From Klebsormidium nitens (taxonomy: Eukaryota; Plantae; Klebsormidiophyceae): 64,000 bases of DNA. The notes under the pieces were generated by a model. The model saw nothing but the letters and a program-made list of their open reading frames with translations, searched no databases and had not been told where the DNA came from. Position numbers and translations under genes: made by a program. Each line of letters starts with the position of its first letter. The stretch's first letter is position 1. Of the stretch, positions 1-10,757 are shown piece by piece. The stretch spans positions 77,264 to 141,263 of the forward strand of contig DF237160.1 in NCBI GenBank assembly GCA_000708835.1, in the 5' to 3' direction.

Positions 1-117
1 TAGTGTGCTCTCTTGTTCCATTTTCAGATTATAATCTCAGGAGGGAATTGCTGGCAGTTGCAAGTGGCACAACTTTTCACGCCCTTTGCTGCCTCATATT
101 CTGGACAGCCTTCCACT

Positions 118-1290
118 ATGGAAGTTGGAATGGGTGGCAATGAAAGCGAGGAGCATGCGTCTGCCGCCAAGGCTGCGACAAAAAGGGAGGCCGCAACAGC
201 TGGAGCGGAGGCCCTCTGGATTTTTGCGAGCGCGCTTGGCGCGGCCGTGGCGGTAGACAACGCGCGCGCAGAGAAGGCAGAGGCGGCCGCGCGCGACGCA
301 ACGGCGGCCGCCGACGCTGCAACAGCGGTCGCGCTCTCGGAGAACGACGAACTGAACGTGCGGGTTGCTGCGCTGCGCGTTGAAGTTTCAAAGGCGCAAG
401 CGGACACGACAGCGAAGCGGCGAGAGACCGTTGTACTTGAGAGGAGATTGGAGGAACTGCAAAAGGCTATGGAAGAGAAGGAGAATGAGAGCGAGGTGAC
501 AATCGCCGCCTTTCAGATCACTTTGAGGGACACGCGCGAAACGAGAGCGCGGTGCGCAAAGGAGCGCGAGCGCTTTCATTACGTGCTCGCGTGCAACGGG
601 CAAACGGGTTCCGTTCCGTTCAGCTTCCTCGAGTCTGATCGGGATTCTCTCCTGTACAAGATGTACGGCGGAAACTGGGACTACGCGCGCGATGAAAAGG
701 GGCGCGCGCTGGTCACGTGCCACCCCGAGCGGTGGGCTGCCGTTCTCGAGCACCTGGCGACGGGAGCAGTTCCGGCGGAATGGGATCCGCTGCTGCTGGC
801 GCAAGCGCGGTACTGGAACCTTCAGCGATTGGTCAGAGGCCTTGAGGCTTTGATTCCGGGAGTAACCGTCACAAAAACTCGAGATTGCAAGGGGTTCAAA
901 GCGCGATGCACATTCGTAGCGGTGACAAAGGGCTGGAGAAGCGGTCAACCCAATCAGCAGTTGCGTTTCTCAGGTCCTCAAGATCGATGGTGGGCGGTCG
1001 AAGTAACTAGTACGGGCATCAATGTATGGTCGGTGGTCGTTCCAAGCAGCGCACCAAAAGCGGAGGATATCAAGTCGATCCGGGTCCTCTTGACGTTGCG
1101 AGTCCTCTTGCGTGATCAAGAGATTGTACAGGAGGGGCGAACGCCCGTCTTGTTTCCTGCTGGACAGGAGGCGTCCATAAGTTATGGCTGGGTGTGCTGG
1201 GGTTACGACATTCACGAGCTGGTCAGCGAGCCCTTGGCTCGAGCGCCGCACAGCCTCGTAGTGGAAGTCGAAGCTCGTTATGAAGACTGA
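118..1290 (+). CDS. Single-exon protein with Ala/Glu-rich coiled coil, KCTD/potassium-channel-tetramerisation-type BTB domain and possible MATH-like C-terminus
   Basis: Uninterrupted ORF 13-1290 with first ATG at 118. Heptad-like segment (ELNVRVAALRVEVSKAQ...LEELQKAMEEK) followed by SVPFSFLESDRDSLLYKMYGG...RALVTCHPERWAAVLEHLATG...LLLAQARYWNLQRL, which fits the BTB_2 pattern (T-L, rD-hF-lL-yL, EA-yy-l). Domain calls are by motif recognition, not search. Confidence 0.7.
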   Translation: MEVGMGGNESEEHASAAKAATKREAATAGAEALWIFASALGAAVAVDNARAEKAEAAARDATAAADAATAVALSENDELNVRVAALRVEVSKAQADTTAKRRETVVLERRLEELQKAMEEKENESEVTIAAFQITLRDTRETRARCAKERERFHYVLACNGQTGSVPFSFLESDRDSLLYKMYGGNWDYARDEKGRALVTCHPERWAAVLEHLATGAVPAEWDPLLLAQARYWNLQRLVRGLEALIPGVTVTKTRDCKGFKARCTFVAVTKGWRSGQPNQQLRFSGPQDRWWAVEVTSTGINVWSVVVPSSAPKAEDIKSIRVLLTLRVLLRDQEIVQEGRTPVLFPAGQEASISYGWVCWGYDIHELVSEPLARAPHSLVVEVEARYED

Positions 1291-2469
1291 GCTTAGAGCG
1301 ACTAGGTTAAAATTTACTGCAACTAACTTTCCCTGTTGGTTCATGATAGACGATAATTTCGAATGAACCTGCCCTCCAATATCTTGAGCCTTGAAAAGTT
1401 GCTTCAATGCTTGCAAGTCAACTGTGACCCTGCGCCGACGCAACTTAGCTTCGGAAGCCGACATGCGGATGGATGTCATGTGCTCCTTACCGGCGTTAAC
1501 CGCAACTTGCAGTCCGTATTCGTATTATAAAACAAAACAATATCTGGTCATGCACATGCGTCAAATTTTGGAAGATGAGGAAACGTAGGCACCAAGTACA
1601 CCGCAGATGCCTTCAGGGTCCCGCGTCGAAGGTAGCCAAAAGAAACTCCGAATCTGAGACGACTGAAAGCAAATGGTTAAGCTGAGTGATGAAGGTTGAA
1701 GAGGCCGCTTTACAAGCTCTATCATGTATCATACGTCGTGTCAACCACCGTTGCACACTCGCCGCTTCGCCTCAAGTTTTTTGGATTCTGGTCTCTTCCA
1801 AATCTGCCGGTCTTACCGCTTTCCTCTCAAAGATTAGGCTGTGAATACGCAAGAAAAATCTCTCCTCGCTCCCCGCACACCTCCAGAGAGGCTTGTTGGG
1901 CTTGAGCCGGTTGAGCGCATCCTGGCTGCGCGGCCGGCACTCTGGGCGCGGGCGCGGCCGCGAAGTTCAGACGCGGCCCGTGAGCGCGGCCGCGCTTCCG
2001 GGGTCCGCTCGGGTCCGACACGTCAGCTCACTTTGCAGCGCGTGATGGGATCGTTCACGGGCGTGTGCATGCAAAAAACAAATATAGCAACAGCAAGACA
2101 CTACGCCTCTGACAGCCTATCCCTCGAATCACATGCTGTCAAATCAAATCAGAGATTACCACTTTCATCTGCGCAATCATTGTTGAAGCTACATTCCATG
2201 TATGTAGGCAGTGCATCGTACGAGAATAAGCATGCATTCGGCCGTTCGTCACTTGTCGTCGAAGGGTAATCTTTTCTTTAGCGGTGCAAAACGCTTCGAC
2301 AGTATTCTAGGATGAAGCACCTAGCGCCTCAGCCACCGAGCGTGCTGGCTACGCCATGTCGACACATGATGACCTGCAGACCTTCGCTGTTGAAGTGACG
2401 GCTCGAGGATAAAGAGACTTGTAGGTAACACTTCGGCGACTCGAAAAACTCAGGCGCAAAACGACAGAG

Positions 2470-2997
2470 ATGGCCGCCAGCGGCGCCCCGGAAGCAGGGA
2501 CGGCGCTTTTTTGCGAGCAGCCCTGGTCGGAAAGCCCAGCAAAAACCTTCAGATTGGCTGGTCACGACAAGCAGGTCACCTTGACTTTTTACTCCTCTCA
2601 GCACTGTGGCTTGATCGAGTCCCATCAGGCCTTTCATTGCGTCATTCATCTCACACGTTCCCTTGTCCTATACGTATCTACGCTCGGCCGCTCGCATGGC
2701 GGTGAGCTGATCGTTCAGTTCCTGACTGCGCAAGGGCAGCCTTGCACCTGGAAAGACTGGTTGGAGGCGCAGTCGGCAAAGCAACACGTGGCAGCTTCAT
2801 ACGTAGTGAGGAGGGAACAATCTGTCATTGCTCGCGATATGAAGATAACTTTCTCAACCTACGGGCGGAGCGCCCACGTCGGAGATGCGAAGCTGCTGGA
2901 CGCGACGTCAGATGCAGACACAAGTTCTTGGGTCGAAAGCCTGGTGGGCGGATGTCGACAATGCTCAAAGGGGTGGTCGTCCATCCAGACGTCCTGA
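2470..2997 (+). CDS. Hypothetical protein (175 aa)
   Basis: ATG-initiated ORF with globular-looking composition; no family recognised. Confidence 0.35.
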   Translation: MAASGAPEAGTALFCEQPWSESPAKTFRLAGHDKQVTLTFYSSQHCGLIESHQAFHCVIHLTRSLVLYVSTLGRSHGGELIVQFLTAQGQPCTWKDWLEAQSAKQHVAASYVVRREQSVIARDMKITFSTYGRSAHVGDAKLLDATSDADTSSWVESLVGGCRQCSKGWSSIQTS

Positions 2998-4295
2998 GGC
3001 AGTACGTCCTTTTGAGAGCCCAAATTGAAAGTATTTGGCGAAAATACAGATAGGAGAGGAAGTAAACTTGTGTACGCTTTGAACATCTACACATGACATT
3101 AAGCTTGATTTGAGCGGGCAACATACATGTACGAAAGCTTCTTCAGTGGCTCTACATTCAATTAGCTCTTGTGAATGTGTACATGAGTTGCGCCAAAGCC
3201 TCTTACTGCGAAGTCAGGGTCACCTGTGAGACATGTGTTTAAGAAGCAGGTGTGTAGCTAGCTAGCTAGCGGGAAGGATCCGGATCTTGCTGTCCAAAAT
3301 ATATTTGTTTTCAATGATCGACTAAAGAAAAGATGTGCGCTTCCATTGATGCAGCATGATGGTGCCAGCATGTGGGCGGCCAGTTCGATAATCAGCACAG
3401 TTTGTCTTCATTCGTACAGGATCAATTGATTGCCTAGCTCAGCCTCAATTGTCAGTGTCGTTACGCCCGAGTCAATGCAATGAGGGCTTCATCGCGCTAC
3501 AAAGACGCCTGCGTTGACTCACAAGCGCATCGGCGGCAGGTAAAGCTCTACAAAGACGGCCTGCCTTGTCTCACAATCGCATCGCAGTAGAATCTGTTTG
3601 CGAGAGAGCTGATGCAGTGTCATTTCGTCATGCGGGCCTGCGCCTACTGATTGCGGTTCAAACTCGAAAACATCACGCACGTCAGCTAGCTGGCAATTAT
3701 TAGATTTCGCGATGGTAAGTGACCGGACGCGCGACGTACCCTGTGGATCCGTTTCGAAAATGAGCTAGCGAAGTGGACATCCATGTGACGTTTGCCGCGC
3801 AGCTATAGTATGATATCATAGCACGTATGACTTGCTCATGTTACGAAATTGGCCACAGGCTCGAGCTAAACAGTAGCGCTGAGCCCGGATCACAGTACTA
3901 CGTGCCTGGCATGGGTCACGGCCGGGCCGCCCTGGCACTAAAATTGCATTGTTAAAGCACGAGTGTGTGTGGCATGAAGTCGTTCTTAGCATGCAAAAGC
4001 TCAATAGCTGCGCGCCACTTAAGTAGGCAAGAATGGAGCATTTGTCAGTGACGAAGTGGCGCGGCCTTGCGAGTTCAAGTTGACGTAAGCCCGAAACCGC
4101 ATTAATTCCACTGACATACGATGCGTCCGGCCTGATTTTGCAGAACGTCATGACGGACAAATTCGATGATTACCAGTCCGATGATCCTCGAGTCGCTGCA
4201 TTTGATACTGATGATCTGATGGTTACGCGGAACATCTGATTCATTCGACACAAGTTAGATGCCATGGAGCCAAATGCAACCATTCAAGGCAATAT

Positions 4296-7200
4296 TCACG
4301 CCGGCAAACCCCTCGGAATTGCCAATGCTAACGGCGCCTCGTCTACCACGTCACCTGCTCGCGTTCGTTTATTTCCAAACAATGACCCCCAGGATACCAT
4401 GCTCGCCCGCACCTTTTCGTACAGCGCGAGCGTTTGCATCAGCAGCACCCTTACCTCAACCCGCACCTTATCTATCGCCCCCCTCGCTAACGACCCTATA
4501 CCTGGGTTCTGCTCGTATCGAATTTGCGACAGGGCACGGGTGCACTCGCGCGCCGTGGTCACAAATGAGTTAACCGGGGTGCCCAATGCGAGGTCCACGG
4601 ACCGCAAGCAGTCGTTCGTTTTCAGGAGGAGCAGCACTACTCTCGGCAGGCGTGCCAGCAGAGCGGTGGTCTCCTTCATGAACTGGGCGGCATACCCCTG
4701 CGAGCAGAGCAAAGATAAGAGGACGTGCAGAGATTCGAGCGAAGATCGTTTGTATCTTGGCGAGTCTGGCAAATCCCGAATGTAGAGATTGACGACCGTG
4801 AAAAGCTGGTAAGCGCGGCCCGAGGTTCTACTTTATAACCTTGGCGAACTTAGAACAAGCTCACAGTGGAATAGACAATTCTACGATGATCCGCAGAAAT
4901 GCAAGCACGCTGGAATGAAGTTAACGGTTACGCTCGAATCACATAATTTGATGTTGACGGCCCTACTCCAGCCTTGCCAATATTCCACAATATGAGAAGC
5001 CTTCCTGTGATCACTCCGACCACTCAGCGACCTCACGGACGTACCTGCAACTTGAGGCGCTCCTCCGGGTCATCTGGCATAACCAGGTGGTCTAACCGCT
5101 GGTTGGTGACCTGGTCCCAGGGGCGCATCGTGAGCACGCTCGCGAAGAGAATGTACATGTCCTCACCGGCGATGGCCGTGCTGTACCGCCGAATTCCGGT
5201 CTCCTCTCCAAGCACAAGAGCCTGCACAGCGGAATCACGTAATGAGTCTGTCGGCCAATGCGGTTAGGGTGTGGCAAAATAGCGGACCCTCAGAAACGGT
5301 GTCCCTCTTCAAGTTCGTCAAGGTGACGTCACCAAGGATGCTACTGCTCAACGATGTCTAAGGTCTACGTGGTTTATCTACAGCGGATCAACTGCAAGCA
5401 CACAGCATGAGGGGGACACCACTAGCCTTGACCAAAAACGTCTCCTGGTTTTTAGAACCCAAAATTGATGGGTCAAAGCCCTGTTACGAAAGTTGACGCA
5501 AGAAACTTGTGCTACCACGATAACGGAAGGGAAGTAACAAAAGGTTCGTCTACGCGTCTGGAAATTCGGGCCATCCTGGCCGACGGACGAAGACCAATCA
5601 CATTGTGCCAAGATGCTTCGGCAATTGAGCTTACAGAATCCTCAACTCCTAACGTTCCAAGTGTCTCCGCTGTGCTTGAAAAACTTTCTAAAGACAGGCG
5701 GAGCACTGAACCAAGTCGTAACCCACCTTCCAAAGCGCCGCATAATTTGACCTCAAGTTGTTGTCGAGACTCCGGTACAGACCGTGATCCAGCAGCACCA
5801 ACTGAGGTCTCGCCTTGCCTGCAAATGGAGCGGAACATTAGAGCGCATGAATCCGTCAAAGTCCTCGGTTGCGCGGAAAGAACTTGAGTTGCACTAGGGC
5901 CATTCTTAAGTTAGGCGGCTTCGGTTCCTTCCCAGGACTCTAAGTCAGCGTTGAAGCAATTCTGTAGGGTGTAGATAATTCAAAAAAATTCGGTCGCACA
6001 GATACGTAATGTTTTGCAACGGAGCTCTTCCCAAGTTGGGCGCCCTTCAGTCACTTCCAGGAACTTGTGGAAGAGAAACGGCCTATTTGCTCAATCGCGC
6101 ACCATCAATCCACCAAAAGACAAGGCTCTGAATCAAAATTTTATTGAATCACCCTACCAAGGTGAGAATGTTGAAAGTCGCTTGCCTGCACCTGCTTAAA
6201 TGCTCAAGGGATATTATGGTAAACTTCGGGGCAGCTTACCGAGCCGCCTGGACCCATTCTGATCCGCGGTTGTCACGAGCATGTTCCCTCCGTGTGGGTC
6301 GCAGTGGATGAAGCCGTGGTGGAAGATCATTGCGGCGAAAACGTCACTGACCTGCGGAGGAGCGAAAGCCCAAACAGAGATAAGCTGACACGTGGCTGAT
6401 GCGTTCAGATACAAGTCGACTCGTGGCATACTTATGGATACCTTGCCCATGATCAATAAGTGATGCTCGCTGTTCTGTCGTGTTAAAGAAGTGAAAAGAG
6501 GGACCCGTCTCAAAACTGGAGTCCCTTGACATTCGACCGTGCCTTTGGCTCAAGTTTCAAACAGCCTCCCAACGCAACTTTGTGACGCTCCGTGTCGGGT
6601 CAACGTCCAAAGCAGTGTCTGGAAACATTCTTCAAAGAGAGTGCTGCTACAAAGGAACCTCGGACATCTCACCAGATGTGCCACGTCCGCCGTCCGAATC
6701 CCCAGCTCCTTCTGCTTTGCCACGTCCGTCACCCCGACCCCGTCCATGAACTCCATGGTCAATACTTTGGTCGAGGTCAGGCTCCAGTCGATCTCCGGGA
6801 TCTTGACGTACGGCGCGAGGTGCGGGGACTTGCTTTTGAAGTTGCGTGCGCACGCCTCTGCGTTCTGGCCCTCGTGGACGAAGTCGAGCTCGCGGGGGAG
6901 GGACTCTTGGAGCTCCGCGACTAACCAGCTGCGGTTAGGGTTCAGAAAAGTTGGTTAGCTTCGGGATCGGAAATTAGCTTCGAAAGAGCGCGCACACGCC
7001 TCCGCGTTTTGGCCCTCGTGAATAGAGTCGAGGTAGCGGGGGAGACTCCTGGAGCTCTGCAACTAACCAGCTGCGGTTGGGCTTCAAAAAAGTTGGTTAC
7101 GAAAAAGTTGTGTGAGAACTTTGTTTGGAACACGTGGTTATGTAGCAACTTCGCGTCTCAGCAACTGCGCTCAAGACACCAGACCTTGTCAATCGAAACA

Positions 7201-10149
7201 ATCGTCAAACCTGACAGGTCCTTTGTAGAACCTATCCGTTTTCAAGTCTACACCGACGAGCAACACCAAGCCCGATCGACTAACGTAGGCTAGATGGCTT
7301 CGTCTAGAATGTAATAAAGACAAGACTCGAGATTTTGACATTCTTACCTGTAGTCGTAATCTGGGAAGGCCCACTTGACAGCCCTCACAAAGAATGCGAC
7401 GGTCGCAGTGTCCGCTGACGCTGTGTCCGTTAAATGGGTGTGCTGGATCTGCAGAAACGTTCCACGTGTCTAACGTGAGTGAGCCGCGGAAATGGATATG
7501 CAGCCTGCGCTGCCAGGAACAAGATGCACGAAGAGGTGCGAAATGCTCCCAGTCGAAAAACATTACATGAGGTACGTGCCTCTCCATTTTCTACCTTCAA
7601 TCTCGACACAGCAGATGGCCGCTTTAAAGTCATCAGATATGAGGGTTGGAATCCGATGGACCACAACGATACAACACGTCCAACATTTGAAAATGTCTTC
7701 CAGCAAGCCAAAAGCTAGGGCGGTTTACTGGTGCTTTTAACTGCCTGTCGACGTCGGGGTGTTTAGTTGCCAGCGTATACAAGCAAACCTCGCATTTCAA
7801 CGCAATGATCAATCTCTTGTGACTTCATTCTGCATTCTGCTCACCTTTACAGCCACCTGTCGGCCATCGTGCGTCTTAGCCTTGTGGACCTGTGCTAAAG
7901 AAGCGCTGGCGAGAGGGACGGGGGCAAACTCCGCAAACGCCTGCACGAAAGGAAGCGCTTAAGTGAAAAGATGAGCGGAACAGGCATCCAATCAAGCGAA
8001 GTAGCTGTTGTCTTAGGGAAACCAGACGCGGAGGACACGATTCATACACCCTACAAGCAGCAACCACTTCGAGGGGACTTTCTCGAATTGAATCGATGGA
8101 ACTCTTTTTGATGGGAGAGAACAGATCAACCGACTGCTGCATCATGCCAAGATCGAATACCGGATTCGCATGGAGCAGGCCCACATTATATGGAGCTTTT
8201 CGGAAGCGATTCCTATGTAGGCACCTAGTGCAAAGAAGGGTCAGAGTCTTGAGAACCCAGACTCTCTCACTCAAGCGTGAAAACGCAGCCTACCTGCTCT
8301 GGAGGCAACCCAAGCTCTCGCTCTATTACCGCGCTGATCTGCTCGTACGTAGACACAGGGCACTTGTCGAGCATCGACTCTCGCATGATGCGGACATACT
8401 CTTCCGGAAGCAAGTAGTCCTGCAGAATCGAAACGACCCTATTTGTCGCTTGAGAGCATAAGTGTCCTCATGCTGATTGACGACTCAACGGCCCCAACCT
8501 TCGCTGTTCAAAGTAATCAAGCTAGTCAAAGTACCTGCGACTTACAGATACAAGTTCCTCACTATGGGGGGCAGATTGCGGAATTGCAGATCGAAGTACC
8601 GGTAGGTACATGGCCAGACTCCTTTTCTTACACATTTCTTGAAGGAAGACGGGATATCAATGATAAACACTTGTACTTTTTTAACAATCATGAATATTCA
8701 GAGCATCCTGCAAAGAGCCTACACCAGACACATCACCAGACTCTCTAAGCATGACTGGAGATCACGACCTGTGGCCGTCAAAACTTTGCCACCCTGTTAC
8801 TTCTCTGTCTTGCTCAGATCTGACGTGCTTCCAGAACAGATCTCTTGTCTTTGGTATCTCGTCTTTAGTATCAGGAAAGTCCTGTTCTTTTGAAAGAGCA
8901 ATATATAAGCCCTGGCGATGGGGGCTTGACAGATTGCTTACCAGTTGGCCAACGTGTTGTCCAAGTTTGATATAGGTACCACCGTTCTTGAAGAAGAGCT
9001 TTTGAAGGCGGTCTGCACAGCGCTCGTGGCACTCGTGCTTGATTCTTTCCCTGGCTGGCCCCTCGGGTACGTTGTACAAGGACACCAGGTAATCTGACAG
9101 CGAAATGACGATGCGTCAAAACTTATTGCGTCCATGTGCATGAGGTTGGGAGGCAATCAAAGCAGAGAAATTGGGAGGCAACACTAAGCAGACAGCCCTT
9201 GAGCATTGAAGGGAAGAGAAAGGAGAATATGCCTGTTTGGCAGGTTTCACAGATACCAGAGTACAGGGTACAGGGTACAGGGTACAGGGGGGTAGAATTC
9301 ACCCCCTCGTCCCGAATGTTCGTGTGAAGCACCAATTCTCGAGATTCTGGCAGCAACCATACCCCAAAGTCCCAAATCAGCAACTTCTGGTAGGCAGACA
9401 TCTGACTTTGGTGTAAAAGGGGATCAGAAGATAGACGCCAAAGAATCATTTTAAGCCAGGAGTGGAGAATCGCAGGTCTCACCTGTAACAATAGTGGAGA
9501 CCACCGCTATGTTCCTAGCCAGCCTGGTCGGAACCACATACAGCATCTTGAAGCGCCTCTCAACCTGCTCCACATCGTTTCCTGCTACCGCCCAGAGCAA
9601 GCCCCCGACAGCCGAGACGCCGATCAATACTCCTAAACGCCGCACGTTTCGTCCCCTCGTTGGCCGAGCTAGTGAAGTCACGGGAGTGACCTGTGTAACC
9701 AAGCCCCTGTATTGTTGCCTTGTGCCAGGACCTGATTTGAAAGCGCTGCTTTTGAAAGACTGCAGATGCCATGGTTGAGCTACCCCCCGTGATAGGTTAG
9801 TGACCCTCTCGATCGGAGCTGATACTATTGGTGAGAACTGCGTTGTTGCCCTCCTCTTAAGCGCTGAGCTGAAGAGACCCCGAAAAAGTTGCACCACCTC
9901 AGGACTGGCTGGACCGACCCATCTGCTTTTTGCGGAAGTCTGTCCCGCCCCTGCGTGTGCTGAGATGTCCAACCGTTTAACCACCGCTGCGATCTGCTTG
10001 CCGCCACTTCCATTTGAAAGAGAAGAAAACGGGTTTGCATGCAGCAAGGTCCTAAAAGATTGGCTGGCTTCACCTGCCGCGACAGCATTCCACCTGTGAT
10101 TGGCTTGGAGGGCCAGGGCGCGATTGAGCGCACCACCGAGCAGATGCAT
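4296..10149 (-). CDS. ABC1/UbiB atypical kinase, ADCK1-like (multi-exon, N-terminal organellar transit-like extension plus TM)
   Basis: Exons approx. 10149-9483, 9093-8942 (KNGGTYIKLGQHVGQL), 8418-8295 (DYLLPEEYV), 7940-7845 (PLASASLAQVHKA...VAVK), 7448-7350 (IQH), 6928-6680 (ELDFVHEGQNAE), 6352-6240 (GFIHCDPHGGNML), 5818-5725 (LVLLDHGLY), 5222-5043, 4697-4296. These are the canonical ABC1-family motifs in order, with GT-AG borders. Confidence 0.93.
9261..9288. repeat. Heptamer microsatellite (GTACAGG)x4 in ABC1K intron 1
   Basis: Read directly from the sequence. Confidence 0.85.
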
Positions 10150-10757
10150 GATCGCCAGACGGATCTCTGCCCCTACTGCTCTGAGGTCACTGGCGCTTTC
10201 CCAACGCTGGTGCGCAAGTCATGGTGGATGAAAGGATCACGCCTTTGCTTTGAAGTTTTGTTGACAGCATTGCCATCTGTGCATGCATTGATACAGCATT
10301 GGCGCAGCTGGAGCTGATCAAGACGTCGGATTTCTAGAAGAGTAAGTAAAATGCGCTTATGATGACCGGAATGGTCAATTTTGAGTAAAGCGGAGTCCTA
10401 GTGCCTGACCGTATACCGTACCTGATCTGTCGTATACGAACTTCTGCAAGTGCCTAGGATGAGCTCATATGAGTTGCTTCTCTGCAGCCCTTTTTACGAT
10501 TTGCTGCTCGAAGCCTCTTTCAGGAAGGTGGCTCATTTCAGCTCAGCTCACACAGAACAGTGGAACACTTTCGAGAGTTGCTTAGCTGGAAAGCCAAGGG
10601 AAGCACCTGGGAGCTGGCACGAATTGCACAGCGGGCTTCAGGCGCTTTGATGATCGACAGGTGGTGGTGCTTCTCTGAGCTGCATTTGGCGGTCCTTCCA
10701 TCTGCATCTGGGAAGGAAAGCGGCTAAGGGATACGTGGGGGCATCCGTAAGCACACA

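Noticed and set aside
970-2021. Minus-strand ORFs 970-1479 and 1827-2021 as a possible spliced gene
   Set aside because: No recognisable domain, partial overlap with the plus-strand BTB gene, and no convincing phase-compatible splice path.
9261-9288. (GTACAGG)4 and a single TTTTAGGG at about 35737 as interstitial telomere or telo-box
   Set aside because: The repeat unit differs from TTTAGGG/TTTTAGGG at two or more positions, and the single match is not a full AAACCCTA telo-box.
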